Below are positions 63,201 through 64,000 of a stretch of 64,000 nucleotides of DNA, piece after piece. Within the stretch, counting starts at the first letter, position 1, and each line of letters begins with the position of its first letter. Below the pieces are notes generated by a model that was not told the origin of the DNA, ran no database searches, and saw only the letters and a list, made by a program, of their open reading frames with translations. Position numbers and translations under genes: made by a program. Origin of the DNA: Oikopleura dioica (taxonomy: Eukaryota > Animalia > Chordata); contig OU015569.1 in the NCBI GenBank assembly GCA_907165135.1, positions 3,596,001 through 3,660,000 of the forward strand, given 5' to 3'.

Positions 63201-64000
63201 TTAACCATTGATAAGAATATGTTTCAGTGCAGCAGCTGAGTATTGATAGCAAGCGTTGTAATCTAAATTTAATTTTACTTTAGATGTGTCGCCAAATAAA
63301 CCTTACCAATAGCGACTTCGTTCATGACGTAATCGCTTCGTTTATCGTAATATCGGTCATTTTGATCAGGCCCACCTACAAGAGCTCCATAAAGAACCCA
63401 ATGGTTAGGCTTAGATGAATGCAGCATATTTCCACAATCACTGCTGCCGCCAGGGCAACTAGCAGCTCTGTGATGTGGTCTTACTGGCGGGTTGTGTCCG
63501 AATCCAACGACATAAGAGCGCCCTTGATCGCCAAGGGAGTATCCCAACTGTTCGATGCCTTTGAGTGCGAATTCACCGGCTCGTGCAAGCTTAGGTTCAA
63601 TCTGAGAAGCTCCTAGAAGAAATGCTCCCCAGTTATTGGCGATTCGAAGAGAGCCCCATTTGTGGAACCAAAGAAGCCCTGCTCGCGATGTGGCTTGCCG
63701 AGATATGAGATGGACTGCGTGACGGTTAACGTCGTTCCTAATATTGTTCAATTAATCTTTATAAAATGCATCTATAACGAACCTGTACTTGTCTTCGCCC
63801 GTTATTTGTGCCATCAGAAGTTGGACACCAGCCTGCTTTTTGTCCCAGTCAAACGACTCTTCAATTTTGCCACAATTGAAAGTGTCATAATAATGTCTTG
63901 CCAGTCGACCGTAAGCAACATCGCCAGTTGCTTTATAAACCCATGCTGTTGAAGACAGTTAGACTCTTTTATCATTTAATGACGCTAACCTGTTGCCCAA
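63201..64000 (-). CDS. Glycoside hydrolase family 9 endoglucanase (cellulase), 3' part; truncated by the window edge
   Basis: RSYVVGFGHNPPVRPHHRAASC, LYGALVGGPD and YYDKRSDYVMNEVAI|DYNA (catalytic His and Glu region). Confidence 0.93.

Noticed and set aside
1-64000. CRISPR arrays, rRNA, snRNA/SL RNA, autonomous transposase or reverse transcriptase
   Set aside because: No spaced direct-repeat array, no recognisable RNA-gene consensus and no DDE or RT motifs were seen by eye.

Overview
Gene-dense eukaryotic DNA with many short (~40-80 bp) introns, very short intergenic gaps, AG acceptor-like sites just upstream of start codons and recurrent non-GT splice donors. This architecture best fits a larvacean tunicate such as Oikopleura dioica (inference; no database search run). 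Plus-strand genes, reconstructed by hand across introns: ATG9, PECR-like SDR, FAM47-like, group I PAK, an ~18.6 kb pericentrin/AKAP9-like gene with C-terminal PACT domain, NIPSNAP3-like, a very divergent Mdm2/Mdm4-like RING protein, two tandem MESD paralogs, SUMO, LTV1, a DUSP1/4/5-type MAPK phosphatase, a divergent Kv channel and a small membrane orphan. Minus-strand genes: ACP6-like acid phosphatase, a small zinc finger protein, two Thr-rich membrane proteins, a membrane-anchored carboxylesterase, a GXYLT-like GT8 and the 3' end of a GH9 cellulase. At least four intact non-autonomous DNA transposons/MITEs are present. The most striking observation is an obligatory non-canonical intron in SUMO, best read as AT-AC, that lacks U12 consensus and is closed by an internal hairpin. 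Several GA-AG/GG-AG introns are also inferred from protein homology. Exon boundaries are manual and approximate unless stated, and alignments were done by eye from remembered family sequences.
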